Of a stretch of 64,000 nt of DNA, positions 17,116-27,061 are shown one piece after another. The stretch is from an uncultured Gemmatimonadaceae bacterium (GTDB lineage Bacteria; Gemmatimonadota; Gemmatimonadetes; Gemmatimonadales; Gemmatimonadaceae), in contig CAWFOG010000028.1 in the NCBI GenBank assembly GCA_963817445.1, positions 30,379 to 94,378 of the forward strand. The letters run 5' to 3'. Made by a program: the position numbers and the translations under genes. A model generated the notes under the pieces. The model saw nothing but the letters and a program-made list of their open reading frames with translations. It was not told where the DNA came from and searched no databases. The first letter of the stretch is position 1. Every line of letters starts with the position of its first letter.

Positions 17116-19678
17116 TCACCCACACTCACTAAACCCACACACATGACACTTCACACACCCTTCCGCGTACTCCATCTGCGACCCACAATCCGGGCACGTC
17201 CCAATGAACGCTTCCCCCGAATGATGAAGCCCAAATTGAAGTTCCATCTCAGCCCCAGCTTGGCCCGTCTGGCGCACTGACGCCGGCACCTGGTGCGTCC
17301 CCGACACCATCAAATCATTCGGCGGCGCCTGTCCCGCATCCACCGACGGCGGCATCAACTCCTGCTGCACGCCCGTCACGCGGTCCCGATGCCACTCCTC
17401 GATCGCAATTCCGATCGCGTCCGGCACCGACAACACCTTGTTCGGCCCCAGTCCGACGGCGCGGTCGCTCGAGATCCCGCGCAACTGCCGGTGGATTTCC
17501 ATAATCGGAATACCAGATCTCAGCGCGAGCGACATCAACCGCCCCATCGCCTCCACGTCCGCCATCGCCGAGCCGCCTGCCTTGCCGAGCGTGACGAACA
17601 CCTCGAACGGCTGACGCTTCTCGTCTTCGGTGATGTTCACGAACATCACGCCGAGCGGGGTCTCTTTGCGGATCGTCGTGCCACGGAGCCGGTCGGGGCG
17701 CGCCCGCTTGGCGCGGCGCTGCAGGTTCTCCGCCTCTACTTCATATAGTTGCTTCTTGAGCCGCTCGATCTCCGCGTCCTTCTCCGAGACCGACGATTTG
17801 AGGTCGGCGAGCACTGCCCGGTCCTCCTCGCGCCGCTGCGCGGTCGCCGGTCCCGTGTCGCGCGCCTCCTTCGCCTTCTCCGTCGCGCCCGTCGACAGCA
17901 CCTGGTTGTCGCGGCTGCCGTCGCGATAGACCGTCACACCCTTGCAGTGACTGTCGTACGCGAGCTCGTAGATCTTCCGCACGTCGTCGACCGTCGCCGT
18001 ATAGGCGAAGTTCGTCGTCTTCGAGATCGCTGAATCGCAGTGATCCTGGAAAGCGCCCTGCATCCGGATGTGCCACTCCGGCGCGATCAGGTTCGCCGTC
18101 ACGAACACGCGCTGCCACTGGGTCGGCACCTCGGCGTGCGCCACGGTGCCCGTCTTCGCAATGCGCTCCATCAGCTCGTCCGTGTACCAGCCCTCGTTCT
18201 TGGCGATGGCGACGAAGTCTTCGTTCACGTCGGGCATCATCACGCCGGCCTGGTTGCGCATGAAGGCGACGGCGAACAGCGGCTCGAGGCCCGATGAGCA
18301 TCCGGCAATGATCGAAATCGTACCGGTCGGCGCGACCGTGGTCACGTTGCAATTGCGCAGCAGTTGCATCGGCCGCACACGCTTGCCCTCGGCGTCGCGC
18401 GCGCAGGTGTCGTCCGGTCCCCAGATGCTCTTCGCCCACTCGGGGAACGGTCCACGCTCGGCGGCCAACCGCGCCGACTCGCGCTTGCCTTCGACGTCGA
18501 CGAACTCCATCACCTTGCGGCCGAACGCCACGCCTTCGGGCGTGTCATAGGCGATGCCCAAGCGCACGAGCGCGTCGGCGAAGCCCATCACGCCCAGCCC
18601 AATGCGGCGAATGCGCTTGGACAGGCTGTCGATCTCCGGCAGCGGGTACTTGTTGACGTCGATGATGTTGTCGAGGAAGTGCGTCGACAGATGGATGTCC
18701 GCCTTGAAGGCGTCCCAGTCCATCACATGGGTGTTCCCGGGGCCGTCGACCACGTAGTGGCCGACGTTGATCGAACCCAGATTACAGACGTCATACGGCA
18801 GCAGCGGCTGCTCGCCGCACGGGTTCGTCGCCTCGTAGCTGCCGAGGTGCGGGACCGGGTTGTAGCGATTGGCTTCGTCGATGAAGAACACGCCGGGCTC
18901 GCCGGTGCGCCACGCGCCGAGGATCATCCGGTCCCAGACTGTGCGTGCGTCGAGCGTGCCGACCGGCTGGTTGGTGCTCGGGTCGAGGAGATCGTAGCTC
19001 GTGCCCGCCTTGACCGCGTCCATGAACCCGCGCGTCACGGCGACGCGAGATGTTGAAGTTCGTCACCTGCGTGAGGTCTTCCTTGCAGGTGATGAAATCG
19101 ATGATGTCCGGGTGGTCGACGCGGAGAATGCCCATGTTCGCGCCGCGCCGCGTGCCGCCCTGCTTCACCGCGTCGGTCGACGCGTCGTAGAGCTTCATGA
19201 ACGAGACCGGACCTGACGCGACGCCCGTCGTCGACCGGACCATCGATCCCTTGGCGCGGAGGCGCGAGAAGGAGAAGCCCGTTCCGCCGCCGCTCTGATG
19301 GATGAGCGCCATGGCGCTCAACGTGTCGTAGATGCCGTTCTTGCCGTTGGCCAGCGAGTCGGCGACCGGCAGCACGAAGCACGCGCTCAACTGGCCGAGC
19401 GGACGGCCGGCATTCATCAACGTCGGCGAGTTGGGCTCGAAACGTCGCTCGGTCATGAGCGAGTAGAACTCCTCGGCGGCGGCCCGGATGGCGCCGTCGC
19501 TCGCGCCGTACTTGCGATCCGCGTCCGCCACCACCGTCGCCACACGCCAGAACAAATCCTCCGGTTGTTCGACCGGCTTTCCCTTGTCGTTCTTCACCAG
19601 GTAGCGCTTTTCTAGCACGGTACGCGCGTTGGCGGAGAGCGACACGGGACCCGGTGGCGGGTTGACGGGAAGGGGCAT
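17116..19678 (-). pseudogene. nrdJ: class II (B12-dependent) ribonucleotide reductase, one +1 frame break near 19045
   Basis: ORF 18791..19678: ...SPTLMNAG...CFVLPV...[12 protein letters not shown]...[16 protein letters not shown]. The continuation [11 protein letters not shown]...[20 protein letters not shown]...C-terminal zinc ribbon lies in ORF 17116..19038. The junction reads ATCTCG-c-GTCGCC. Confidence 0.85.
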
Positions 19679-20257
19679 GGCGACGGGACTCCTGTGGCTG
19701 GGGGTGCTGCTGCGACTATGAAATCAGGTGTAACGGGATGGCGATGGGGGCACGACTAAACGACGACGAACAGGCGACGGACGAGCGCCTACTTGCCTCG
19801 GACCCGTCGAGTGACTCCGCCTGCTCTCTCGCTGGAGGGAACTGCGGGGCGGCAACGTACGGAGGATCGTGATTCCACGCCAGTAGTAAGATAACTGCCT
19901 GTGGAATAGCAACTTACGAAACGCATATCACGAAGCTGAATGGCGGCCGTGGAACGCGTTGAAAAGACGCGGCTCGATGTAGAAAACCGAGGAGAACTAA
20001 CCGGCTCGCGCCGGCTCGTCCCTGCCGACGTCGCCAACAAGCCACTGGCGACAAAGGACTTATACCCCAGAAACTGCTTCGGCGATCGCCCCAATTCGGC
20101 TGACTCGCATGCATCGCGGAACTGCTTCGTTTGCAACGATTCTGAGACCGAATTGCTCAGAAACACGTGCATCTCCCACGTCAAATCGTGATAAACGCGC
20201 AGAGCGCGGACGCGTCCGAGCGGTATCGAGCTTGGACCTCGGGAGCCGCAATTCTAC

Positions 20258-20284
20258 GGAAGATACGAATTGAACGGAGACAAC
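20258..20284 (+). repeat. partial repeat element, copy E
   Basis: ctacggaagatacgaattgaacggagacaac matches the 3' half of copy B. Confidence 0.4.
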
Positions 20285-20307
20285 AAAAAAGCATTCCTTG
20301 ATTGATC

Positions 20308-20385
20308 GGTAGCGTCCGTTCTCATCCGTTCTCATCCGTTCTCATCCGTCAAATCCGTAGTCCCGATTCAGTCCAAGCCTGCTCG
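20308..20385 (-). repeat. non-coding repeat element, copy D (reverse orientation) with 3 x 10-bp aacggatgag
   Basis: Minus strand: gcaggcttggactgaatcgggactacggatttgacggatgagaacggatgagaacggatgagaacggacgctacc. Confidence 0.6.
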
Positions 20386-20452
20386 GCGCGCGGTCGCGTG
20401 CGACGCAAAGTAGCTCGCGGCGCGCGGAGCGCGAGTTTCGGACACAAATCGG

Positions 20453-23005
20453 TCATGGCCCGCGGCGTAGCACTGTCACCGCCGAATCAATGTGGATCCA
20501 CATCGGCCACGCGCCTTCGTCGCGGGCCTCGCGCGTCCGCGCGCTCGCGGCATCGCTCCGGCCCAAAAGCGCCGCCACGCGGGCTCGGTACACGCTCGCG
20601 CTCCAACCGACCCGGCTGACCGGCTGCGCGGCGAGCCACCGGTCGAGCGAATTGGCGAGCATGGTGTCGCCGCGTTCGGCCGCGAGTCCAGCGAGTTCAC
20701 CGCGGAAATCGACGTTGGCCGAATCCTCGGCGACCAGCTGAGTGGCCAATTCTTCGGCCTCGCGATAGCTGCCCAGGATCTCGAGCGACCAGGCCGCAAC
20801 GAGGCGCTCTTCGATCGTGCCGCGCTCCTCGGGCGGGCGCCCGCGATACCAGGTGACCGCCCGCGTCGCGGCCTGGCGCGCCGCGACCGTATCGCCGTGC
20901 ACAGCAAGTTCGTGCGCGACCCAGTCGGCGAGCCAGGCCGGTGTCGCGGAGTACTGCGGTCGTCCATTCGTGTATGGAGCAAGTCCGATGAAGTTGGCCG
21001 CCTCGACTGGCAACAGCATCGCGCTGTCCAACAGCGCGAGCGCCGCCGTCGGGCGAGAAAGCGCGGCGAGCGCGCGCGCGCGCATCCACGTGCGATTGAG
21101 CGGCGCGCTGAGCGGCACGCGATCCGCGACGGCAAGTTCCTCGCGATGGCGACCGAGGAGATGGAGCGCTTCGGTCAGACTGCTCCAATAGTCAAAATGC
21201 GTCGTATCGATGCTCCAGGCGAGATCGACCGCTGGGTCGAGGCGCTGCAACAAATCCACGGTCAACTGCGGGCGGCCTGCCCAGAGCGCGGCGGCGGCGA
21301 CCGACAGCTTGTCGGATGACGTGTTCGATTCGAGGTCGGCACGCTCGAGCGCCAAGCGAAGCGTCTCGTCGTTCCGGCCGTGGCAATGCGCCGTCGCGAT
21401 CTGTAGCGAGAGGCGATCGACACGATCGATCAAGTTCGGACGGCCATTGAGCGCGCCGACGATTGAATCGACCAGCGCGCAGTTGTTGGAGTTGGCTGCC
21501 GCCGCGGACGCGGCGATGGCCGCGGCGGCAAAGGCCGTGTCCAGGTGTGCCGCGCGGAGGAAAAGCGATTCCCCCCGGCCGGCGTCGCCGTGCCAGCGGG
21601 CATCCCATCCCTCGACGTACGCCTGATACGCATCGAACGGGGGAATCTCGCCGGCCACATTGAGGCTCAGCTCGGCTCGCACGTCGATCACGGAGCTGAG
21701 GGCCGACATGACGCGTGATCGCAGGTCATCGAGCCCGCCAATCGGGGTCTCGACACTGGACAGGATCGGCCCCACGACGCGCACGATCCGGCCGGCATGC
21801 ACATCCAGTATCGACGCTTGGAGAACCAGCGTATCCGCGGTGCGATAGTAGCTGCCGAAGATCACCATGGCTGCGCCGGTGCGGCGCGCCAACGTGACAG
21901 GATCAATCGCGGCGCCGGCGCCGGCGCGACCCTGTACGAACACCGCTGCTCGAGGATCGACGAGATCGACGAGATCGACGAGATTCGTGCGCAGGATTCC
22001 CTGCGCGATCCAATCCTGGGTCATCCGCCCCAGCGATTGCAGCGTGGTGTCGCCGGTTCTGTTGTCGAACACGGTGACGAGCACCCGCTTCCGCACGGCG
22101 ACGGCACTCGCAGTTTTCGCGTCGATCAATCGCGCTGCCGCGACGGCGATCGCAAAAATCGCGACGACCACACCGCCCCAGATCGCGACGCGCGGTCGGT
22201 TTCGCGGACGCGGCACCGAATGGCTGGGCGCGGGTGTCGTGATCGTCGCGGGAAGAACTGCGGGCTGAGGCGGGATCGGCTTGCGGGTACCGTCGCGAAC
22301 CCGCGCCACGAGCGCCTGGGTCTCGGCGCTCGGTGTCGCGTCGAAATCCGCGGCGAGGCGGCGCGCGTACGCTTCATATAGACGCAGCGCGCCTCCGGTG
22401 TCACTGCCCCGATCGAGCAGCGTCATCGCGCGGCGCAGCCAGTGCTCGTCACCAGGCAAAACGCTGCACGCCCGCTGCGCCCAATACGCCGCGCCCGCAA
22501 AGTTGCCCGCCCGTTCGTCCCGCTCGACGAGCGCCCCGACCGCGCGCATCACCAGGTCGTTGACCCGACGTCGCTCGGCTGAGAGCCATTCCTCGAACGC
22601 TTCGCCTGCGCTCGCGAAGTGGATGCCAGCCAATAATTCGCCGCGAAATGCGACGACCGCATCCTCGTAGCGCCCGGCGTCGATGGCTTCGCCGAGCCGC
22701 GTGACATCGCTGGTGAGCGTCTCGCCGTTGATCGACACGGCGTCGTCGCCGCGAGTGACGATCACGTCGTCGCCAAGCGCTTCACGCAAATGATAAAGCG
22801 TATTTCTTAGTGCGCGACGTGCGGCGAACTGGTCGAGATCGGGCCAGAACATCGCGGCGAGCGTGTCGCGACGCCGGTAGCCGCCGCTCCCGAGCGCCAG
22901 ATACGCGAGCAGCGCGAACCGCTTCGGTTGCGCCGGCAGCGACGTGATCTCCCGTCCATCCGAGCCGCGGAGGACGTGAGGACCCAGCAGAATGAGCTCG
23001 ATCAT
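20453..23005 (-). CDS. SARP/BTAD-type transcriptional regulator fused to a TM segment and a large TPR-like C-terminal domain
   Basis: N-terminal winged-helix plus BTAD (KRFALLAYLAL...RDTLAAMFWPD...ALRNTLYHLREALG...AYWAQRA...DEHWLRRAMTLLDRGSDTGGALRLYEAYARRL). One TM segment (VAIWGGVVVAIFAIAVAAA). Helical repeats follow. Confidence 0.8.
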   Translation of the reverse strand: MIELILLGPHVLRGSDGREITSLPAQPKRFALLAYLALGSGGYRRRDTLAAMFWPDLDQFAARRALRNTLYHLREALGDDVIVTRGDDAVSINGETLTSDVTRLGEAIDAGRYEDAVVAFRGELLAGIHFASAGEAFEEWLSAERRRVNDLVMRAVGALVERDERAGNFAGAAYWAQRACSVLPGDEHWLRRAMTLLDRGSDTGGALRLYEAYARRLAADFDATPSAETQALVARVRDGTRKPIPPQPAVLPATITTPAPSHSVPRPRNRPRVAIWGGVVVAIFAIAVAAARLIDAKTASAVAVRKRVLVTVFDNRTGDTTLQSLGRMTQDWIAQGILRTNLVDLVDLVDPRAAVFVQGRAGAGAAIDPVTLARRTGAAMVIFGSYYRTADTLVLQASILDVHAGRIVRVVGPILSSVETPIGGLDDLRSRVMSALSSVIDVRAELSLNVAGEIPPFDAYQAYVEGWDARWHGDAGRGESLFLRAAHLDTAFAAAAIAASAAAANSNNCALVDSIVGALNGRPNLIDRVDRLSLQIATAHCHGRNDETLRLALERADLESNTSSDKLSVAAAALWAGRPQLTVDLLQRLDPAVDLAWSIDTTHFDYWSSLTEALHLLGRHREELAVADRVPLSAPLNRTWMRARALAALSRPTAALALLDSAMLLPVEAANFIGLAPYTNGRPQYSATPAWLADWVAHELAVHGDTVAARQAATRAVTWYRGRPPEERGTIEERLVAAWSLEILGSYREAEELATQLVAEDSANVDFRGELAGLAAERGDTMLANSLDRWLAAQPVSRVGWSASVYRARVAALLGRSDAASARTREARDEGAWPMWIHIDSAVTVLRRGP

Positions 23006-23124
23006 GAACGCGCGAATGTACGTCGCGCGTCGTCGCCCAACAACAAACAGTAAAGCGACGGCGGCGCGACACGCGGCAGTTACGATGGCCGGGTCATTGT
23101 CCGCACCACCAACCGGAAAGGATC

Positions 23125-24234
23125 ATGTCGATCGTTCGCGCCAGAGGGATGAGCGGGTTTGTGTTCGCTGTCGGGAGCTGGGTCGGGCTGGTCGCCTGCT
23201 CGCCCGCCCAAACCGTGGACCCATGCGCGCTGCTGTCGGCCGGCGAAGCCGCGCCGTACGTCGGACCGCTGGGCACGCCACCATATCGGACGAGTGACGG
23301 CGCGCCCGACGTCCGCGGCGACCAGTGCATGTACCGTGGCAAGGACGGGCGCGAGATCACGGTCGTGCCGGACTGGAGCGGCGGCGGCACCACTGCGGGC
23401 TCGGCCGTCCAGGGCGCGGCCAACACAGTCGGCGGCGCGCTGAGCAAGGCGAGCGGCGGCGCCGGCGGGGACACGATGGCTCACCGTGTGGTGAAGGCGG
23501 AAGCCGCCGGTCCCTGGGACAAGGCGACGTGGATTCCCGGTGGTTCACTCTTGGCCTCAAAGGGCCAGCGGTCGGCTCTGATCGACGTGAGTGGCGCGAG
23601 CGGCAAGGAGGACGACGCGATCGCGCTTGCGAGAATCATCATGCCGCGCTTCGACCATCCGCTTGTCTACGACGGCGCAAAGGCGGTGGCCCTCGTTCCG
23701 AAGCCGCGTCCGCATCCCGCCAACGCGTGCGATCTCATACCGCGCGCGGACGTCGAAGCAGCGATCGGGCCGCTGTCTGGCGCACCGACATCCGACGCGC
23801 CAGAGACCTCGTGCACCTATCGAGTGGCGACGGCGAAAGGTGAACGCGACTACGCCGTGGCGTTTACCTGGCAAGGCGGCCAGAAGAACTACACGATGAT
23901 GAAGCACCAGATGGCGACCGTCGGCGAAGCGACGGGGATGCCGTCGAGCTCTCCGCTGGACACGATGAATCCTCCGCCGCAGATGCAGGCGATGATGGGC
24001 GGCTTGATGAAGATGATTGGCGGTTCGGCGGCCCAGCGAAAGGCGCCAGGTGCTGCGTCGACGATCGGATTCCGGACCGACACCACACTCGCCGGGCCGT
24101 GGGACAATGCCTCGCTGCTCCACGGCACGCAGCTCATCGCCGTGCGGCACGACGTGTTCGTCGGCATGGGCCTCCAGTCGGCGGACTACGAAAAGGCGAA
24201 GGCACTGCTGGCGGCGATATGCTCGCGGCTGTGA
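23125..24234 (+). CDS. hypothetical lipoprotein
   Basis: Lipobox WVGLVACS and an intact 369-aa ORF. It is divergent from the SARP regulator. Confidence 0.6.
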   Translation: MSIVRARGMSGFVFAVGSWVGLVACSPAQTVDPCALLSAGEAAPYVGPLGTPPYRTSDGAPDVRGDQCMYRGKDGREITVVPDWSGGGTTAGSAVQGAANTVGGALSKASGGAGGDTMAHRVVKAEAAGPWDKATWIPGGSLLASKGQRSALIDVSGASGKEDDAIALARIIMPRFDHPLVYDGAKAVALVPKPRPHPANACDLIPRADVEAAIGPLSGAPTSDAPETSCTYRVATAKGERDYAVAFTWQGGQKNYTMMKHQMATVGEATGMPSSSPLDTMNPPPQMQAMMGGLMKMIGGSAAQRKAPGAASTIGFRTDTTLAGPWDNASLLHGTQLIAVRHDVFVGMGLQSADYEKAKALLAAICSRL

Positions 24235-24248
24235 AAGGCCGGCGTGAG

Positions 24249-26463
24249 ATGAGCGTCACCATGCGGTGTGCGCAAACAGGCACTCTGGTCGCACTGGCAC
24301 TCGGCACCAGCGTCGCGACCGCGCGGGCACAGGACTCCACGCGCTCTGCGTCCACCGCCGGCGGCCGCCGTCCGCCCGGTGACCGACGCCTACTTCGGCG
24401 CGAAGGTCGTCGACAACTACCGCTACTTCGAGGATTTAAAAAACTCTGAAGTCCAGCAGTGGATGAAAGCCCAGGCCGACTACACCGAGGCGGTGCTGCA
24501 CTCGATCCCGGGCCGCGAGCGCTTCCTTGCCAGGCTTCGGGAACTCAATGCGTCGCAGCAGGCGGCGATCGGCAGCGTGTGGCTGCTCCCCGGCGACCGC
24601 TATTTCTACGTCAAGTGGCTCCCGCAGGATACGACGGGCAAGCTCTACGAGCGCATTGGCCTGAGCGGCTCGGAGCGATTGCTCGTCGATCCGGGCGAAG
24701 GTGCACCTCACGCCGCGGAACCAGGGCAAGGGCTCGAGTGCGATCGAGAGTGTCGCGATCTCCGATGATGGTCGGTACATCGCCGCCGGCATTACGCCAG
24801 GCGGCGCTGGGCTCGACGCCGAAGTGCACGTCTTCGACGTTGCCACGGCGCGCGAAACGGGCGATGTGATCCTTGGCGCTCCGGGCGGCGACGCGCACTG
24901 GCTGCCGGACAACCGATCGTTCGTGTACAGCCGACAACAGGAGGCGTCGGCGGCGAACTGGGAGCAAAAGCAGCGCGCCTACCGGCACGTCATGGGAACC
25001 GATCAGCGTCAGGATCGCGCGGTGTTCGGCTACGGCGTTGACTCGTCGATCGACGTCGATTCCACATACGGCTCCGAGATCGCCACGACGCCAGGGTCCC
25101 GTTACGTGCTCGGCAGCGTAATCCAAGGAGCGTTGCCGAGCCAAGAATTTTTCATCGCGTCGGCCGACTCGATCGACGCGTCGCGCTTGGCGTGGCGCAA
25201 GGTCGCCGGCTTCGCCGATCAGATCACCCGCGTCGCCGTGCATGGCGACGATCTGTACCTGCTCGACGTTCAAGGATGCGACGCATTTCAGGATCCTTCG
25301 AACTGACGCTCGACACCCTGATCTGGCGACCGCCGAGGTCGTGGTGCCCGGGAGTGCGGCGATCGTTCGGACCATGACGCTGGCGCAGGATGCCCTCTAC
25401 GTCACGCTGCTCGACGGCGGCATCGGACGACTGTTGCGGGTTCCGTATGGACCGCATCCCACGGTGGACACGGTGGCGCTTCCGTTCGCGGGAACCGTGT
25501 CCGTACTCGCCGACCCTCGCGTGAGCGGCGCCTTCGTGTGGCTGAGCACCTGGACCAAGGCGGGCGAGCTGTACGCCTACGATCCGCCCACGCGACGCTT
25601 TACGCTGCACGGGCCTGCAGCCGATTGGTCCGAACGATGACCCGACGACGATCGAGTCGGTTGAAGTCAAGGTCAAGAGTCGGGACGGCACGTTGGTGCC
25701 GCTCTCGATCATCTATCCAAAGGGTTTGACGCGGGATGGCTCGCACCCGACGCTGCTCTCCGGCTACGGAGCCTACGGAGTCGTGCAATTCGCCGGCTTT
25801 GACCCGACGGAGATGGCCGTGTACGAACGGGGTGTCGTGCGGGCGATCTGCCATGTGCGTGGCGGCGGGGAATATGGCGAGGAATGGCACCTGGCCGGCA
25901 AAGGGCCGACCAAACCGAACACGTGGCGCGATTTCATCGCCTGCGCGGAGTACCTGATCGCCCGGGGATACACGTCGCCCGCGCACCTGGCAGGCGAAGG
26001 TGGCAGTGCGGGCGGAATCACGATCGGCCGCGCGATCGAGGAACGCCCGGATCTGTTCGCCGCGGCGATCGCCGAGGTGCCGTTGGCCGACATGCTGCGG
26101 TTCGAAACCACCGCGAACGGGGTGCCCAACGTCCCCGAGTTCGGCAGCACGAAAACCGGGGACGGATTTCGTGCGCTGTATGCGATGAGCGCGTACGCAA
26201 ACGTCCGCGATGGCGTGAAGTATCCCGCCGTGCTGGTGACCACCGGAGCCAACGATCAGCGAGTGGCCTCGTGGGGACCGGCCAAGTTGGCCGCGCGCCT
26301 GCAAGCGGCAACGGCTAGCGGAAAACCCGTGCTGCTGCGCGTCGACTACCAGAGCGGCCACGGAGCAGCTGCGACTTCACAGTGGGAGAATGAGCAGACC
26401 GACACATGGAGCTTTCTGCTCTGGCAGCTTGGCGACCCGGCGTTTCAGCCTCTCAAGTCGTGA
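24249..26463 (+). pseudogene. S9A prolyl oligopeptidase family protein (copy 1), four +1 frame breaks
   Basis: Colinear with copy 2 across five successive frames: signal peptide MSVTMRCAQTGTLVALALG; DAYFGAKVVDNYRYFEDL; HLTPRNQGKGSSAIESVAISDDGRY; KDATHFRILRTDARHPDL; LQPIGPNDDPTTIESVEVKV...GEGGSAGGITIG...SGHG. Breaks lie at about 24355, 24700, 25271 and 25613. Confidence 0.8.
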
Positions 26464-26549
26464 TCTCTGTGCCGCGGAGTACATGTCGTTCACGAAGTCC
26501 CAACCAAACGCCGGCGGGCAGCCGCCGGCCTCACACCGGAGCGATTTCC

Positions 26550-27026
26550 ATGAGACGTACGGCATTTTTTCTGACCGCCGCCGCGCTGATCGTCGGCGCC
26601 GCGAACGTCGGCGCCCAGACGCCGAACTTCGCCGGCACGTGGACGCGGATTGCCGACTCGAACGCCCCGACAACGGGCGGTCGCGGCGCGACGCCGCTTT
26701 CGATGACGATCGCGCAAGACTCCAAGGCGATGACGATGATGGAGACGGGCGTGGACGGTCCGAAGTTCGTCTTCAACATCGACGGCACCGACAGCAAGGC
26801 GACGGCGACGGACGGCGACGGAAACCCGTCTGAGGTCATCACGCGCGGCAAATGGGATGGCTCGACGTTCGTCGCCACGATGATCCGCCACTCAAACGGC
26901 ATGAGTGTCCCCGCGACATATGCATGTTCGCTCGACGCCTCGGGGCACCTCGTGGTCGTGGTCAACCTGCAGCCACCGGGCGGTGGCGATCCGGTAACCG
27001 TGACGTCATCCTACAAGAAGAACTGA
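26550..27026 (+). CDS. small secreted protein (module partner 1)
   Basis: MRRTAFFLTAAALIVGAANVGAQTPNFAGTWTR...KWDGSTFV. Paralog of 29347..29829. Confidence 0.65.
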   Translation: MRRTAFFLTAAALIVGAANVGAQTPNFAGTWTRIADSNAPTTGGRGATPLSMTIAQDSKAMTMMETGVDGPKFVFNIDGTDSKATATDGDGNPSEVITRGKWDGSTFVATMIRHSNGMSVPATYACSLDASGHLVVVVNLQPPGGGDPVTVTSSYKKN

Positions 27027-27061
27027 TCGACGCGCGACAGCAATTTCGCCCGGAGCTTCAC

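Noticed and set aside
19690-19920. Cobalamin riboswitch or NrdR boxes in the nrdJ leader
   Set aside because: The minus-strand sequence has vague resemblances (GGCGUGGAAUCAC, CCCGCAGUU) but no B12 box (GCCACUG) on the correct strand. I found no paired AT-rich 16-bp palindromes typical of NrdR sites. The only gccactg (20041) is on the wrong strand.
19940-20191. 83-aa ORF in the low-GC region (MAAVERVEKTRLDVENRG...)
   Set aside because: It has no RBS, family motif or signal that I recognise. Its composition is atypical for the genome and it lies in a repeat-rich non-coding stretch. There is not enough support to call it a gene.
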